Below are positions 6,470 through 7,031 of a DNA stretch of 7,031 nt, one piece after another; the first letter of the stretch is position 1; each line of letters begins with the position of its first letter. The notes beneath the pieces were generated by a model, which searched no databases, was not told the origin of the DNA, and worked only from the letters and a program-made list of their open reading frames with translations. The position numbers were made by a program, and so were the translations under genes. Source of the stretch: Octopus sinensis (Eukaryota); contig NW_021829094.1 in assembly GCF_006345805.1 (NCBI RefSeq), forward strand, positions 1 to 7,031, given 5' to 3'.

Positions 6470-6815
6470 CAGTAGTTTTATTTTTATAGCGTGCTCTCAC
6501 TTCACTACCGAGCGCAGCTCTGTGTGCCTTGGGTATGTGCTGTGATTTGTTGTGATGCTCTGATGGTTATTGTATGGAAAGTGTTCTGCGTAAGATGTGT
6601 GCAATGCCTAGTAGTGCAATTTTCTGTATGTTATATGTGTTTGTAAGTCCTGGTGTTTTTTGTTATATATTTGTCTGAATATTTTTTCATCATGTCTAAT
6701 GCACCTACTATGATAAGAACTGTTTCTGTTTTTAGATTCCACATTCTGGTTACCTCTATTTCCAGGTCTTTGTATTTTGAGAGTTACTCCATTTCTTTTA
6801 GAGACACGTTGTCAT
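6470..6815 (-). mobile_element. 5'-truncated R4/Dong-clade element, subfamily A copy 2
   Basis: Matches 4617-4959 except for 11 substitutions and one 2-bp indel by my manual count (about 96-97% identical); carries a K>stop at 6786-6784 and GALG>GALD. Confidence 0.9.
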
Positions 6816-6850
6816 TATTATTATTATCATTATTATTATTGTTGTTGTTG
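6814..6850. repeat. Short (TTA)n-(TTG)n tract
   Basis: About 9 TTA units then 3-4 TTG units. Confidence 0.9.
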
Positions 6851-7031
6851 TCATCTTTGCACAGCTTCTAACATGGATATGTGAGAACTCTCCGGAGTAT
6901 TCGAGCGGTTCCAAGCAGTGCTGTTTTCTGCAAGTGCTCCACCTCATTGCAGCATCATGTACTCCTCAAGATATTTACTCACTGTTGCCAGGGCTCCCAC
7001 AATTATTGGTACTATTATCGCCTTTACCATC
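6851..7031 (-). mobile_element. Decayed R4/Dong-clade 3' end, probably subfamily C copy 2; runs off the window
   Basis: Minus strand MVKAIIVPIIVGALATVSKYLEEYM, frameshifted, then VEHLQKTALLGTARILRRVLTYPC* (stop 6870-6868), very short 3' UTR, then (CAA)n(TAA)n. Confidence 0.8.

Noticed and set aside
4617-6815. CRISPR-like or LTR-pair interpretation of the repeated ~345-bp segment
   Set aside because: The repeats encode an endonuclease C-terminus with 3' UTR, lack TG..CA ends and a primer-binding site, and enclose unrelated fragments; no regular repeat-spacer array exists.

Overview
AT-rich, microsatellite-dense eukaryotic DNA with no intact protein-coding gene. The repeat types resemble coleoid cephalopod (Octopus-like) genomes; this is an inference from recalled repeat families, not a database match. 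Left part (1-1833): SINE remnants, a degenerate hammerhead-ribozyme-like motif (455-545), and a decayed L1/Tx1-like LINE 3' end interrupted by a tRNA-derived SINE. Middle (2339-4500): a ~575-bp essentially spacer-free palindrome, two more SINE fragments, and a unique-looking stretch with RFX X-box-like motifs. Right part (4526-7031): (TAA)n arrays holding five co-oriented fragments of R4/Dong-clade non-LTR retrotransposons (restriction-like endonuclease C-terminus, three distinct subfamilies) plus one ~460-bp non-coding insert. Most ORFs in the supplied track are microsatellite or antisense artefacts.
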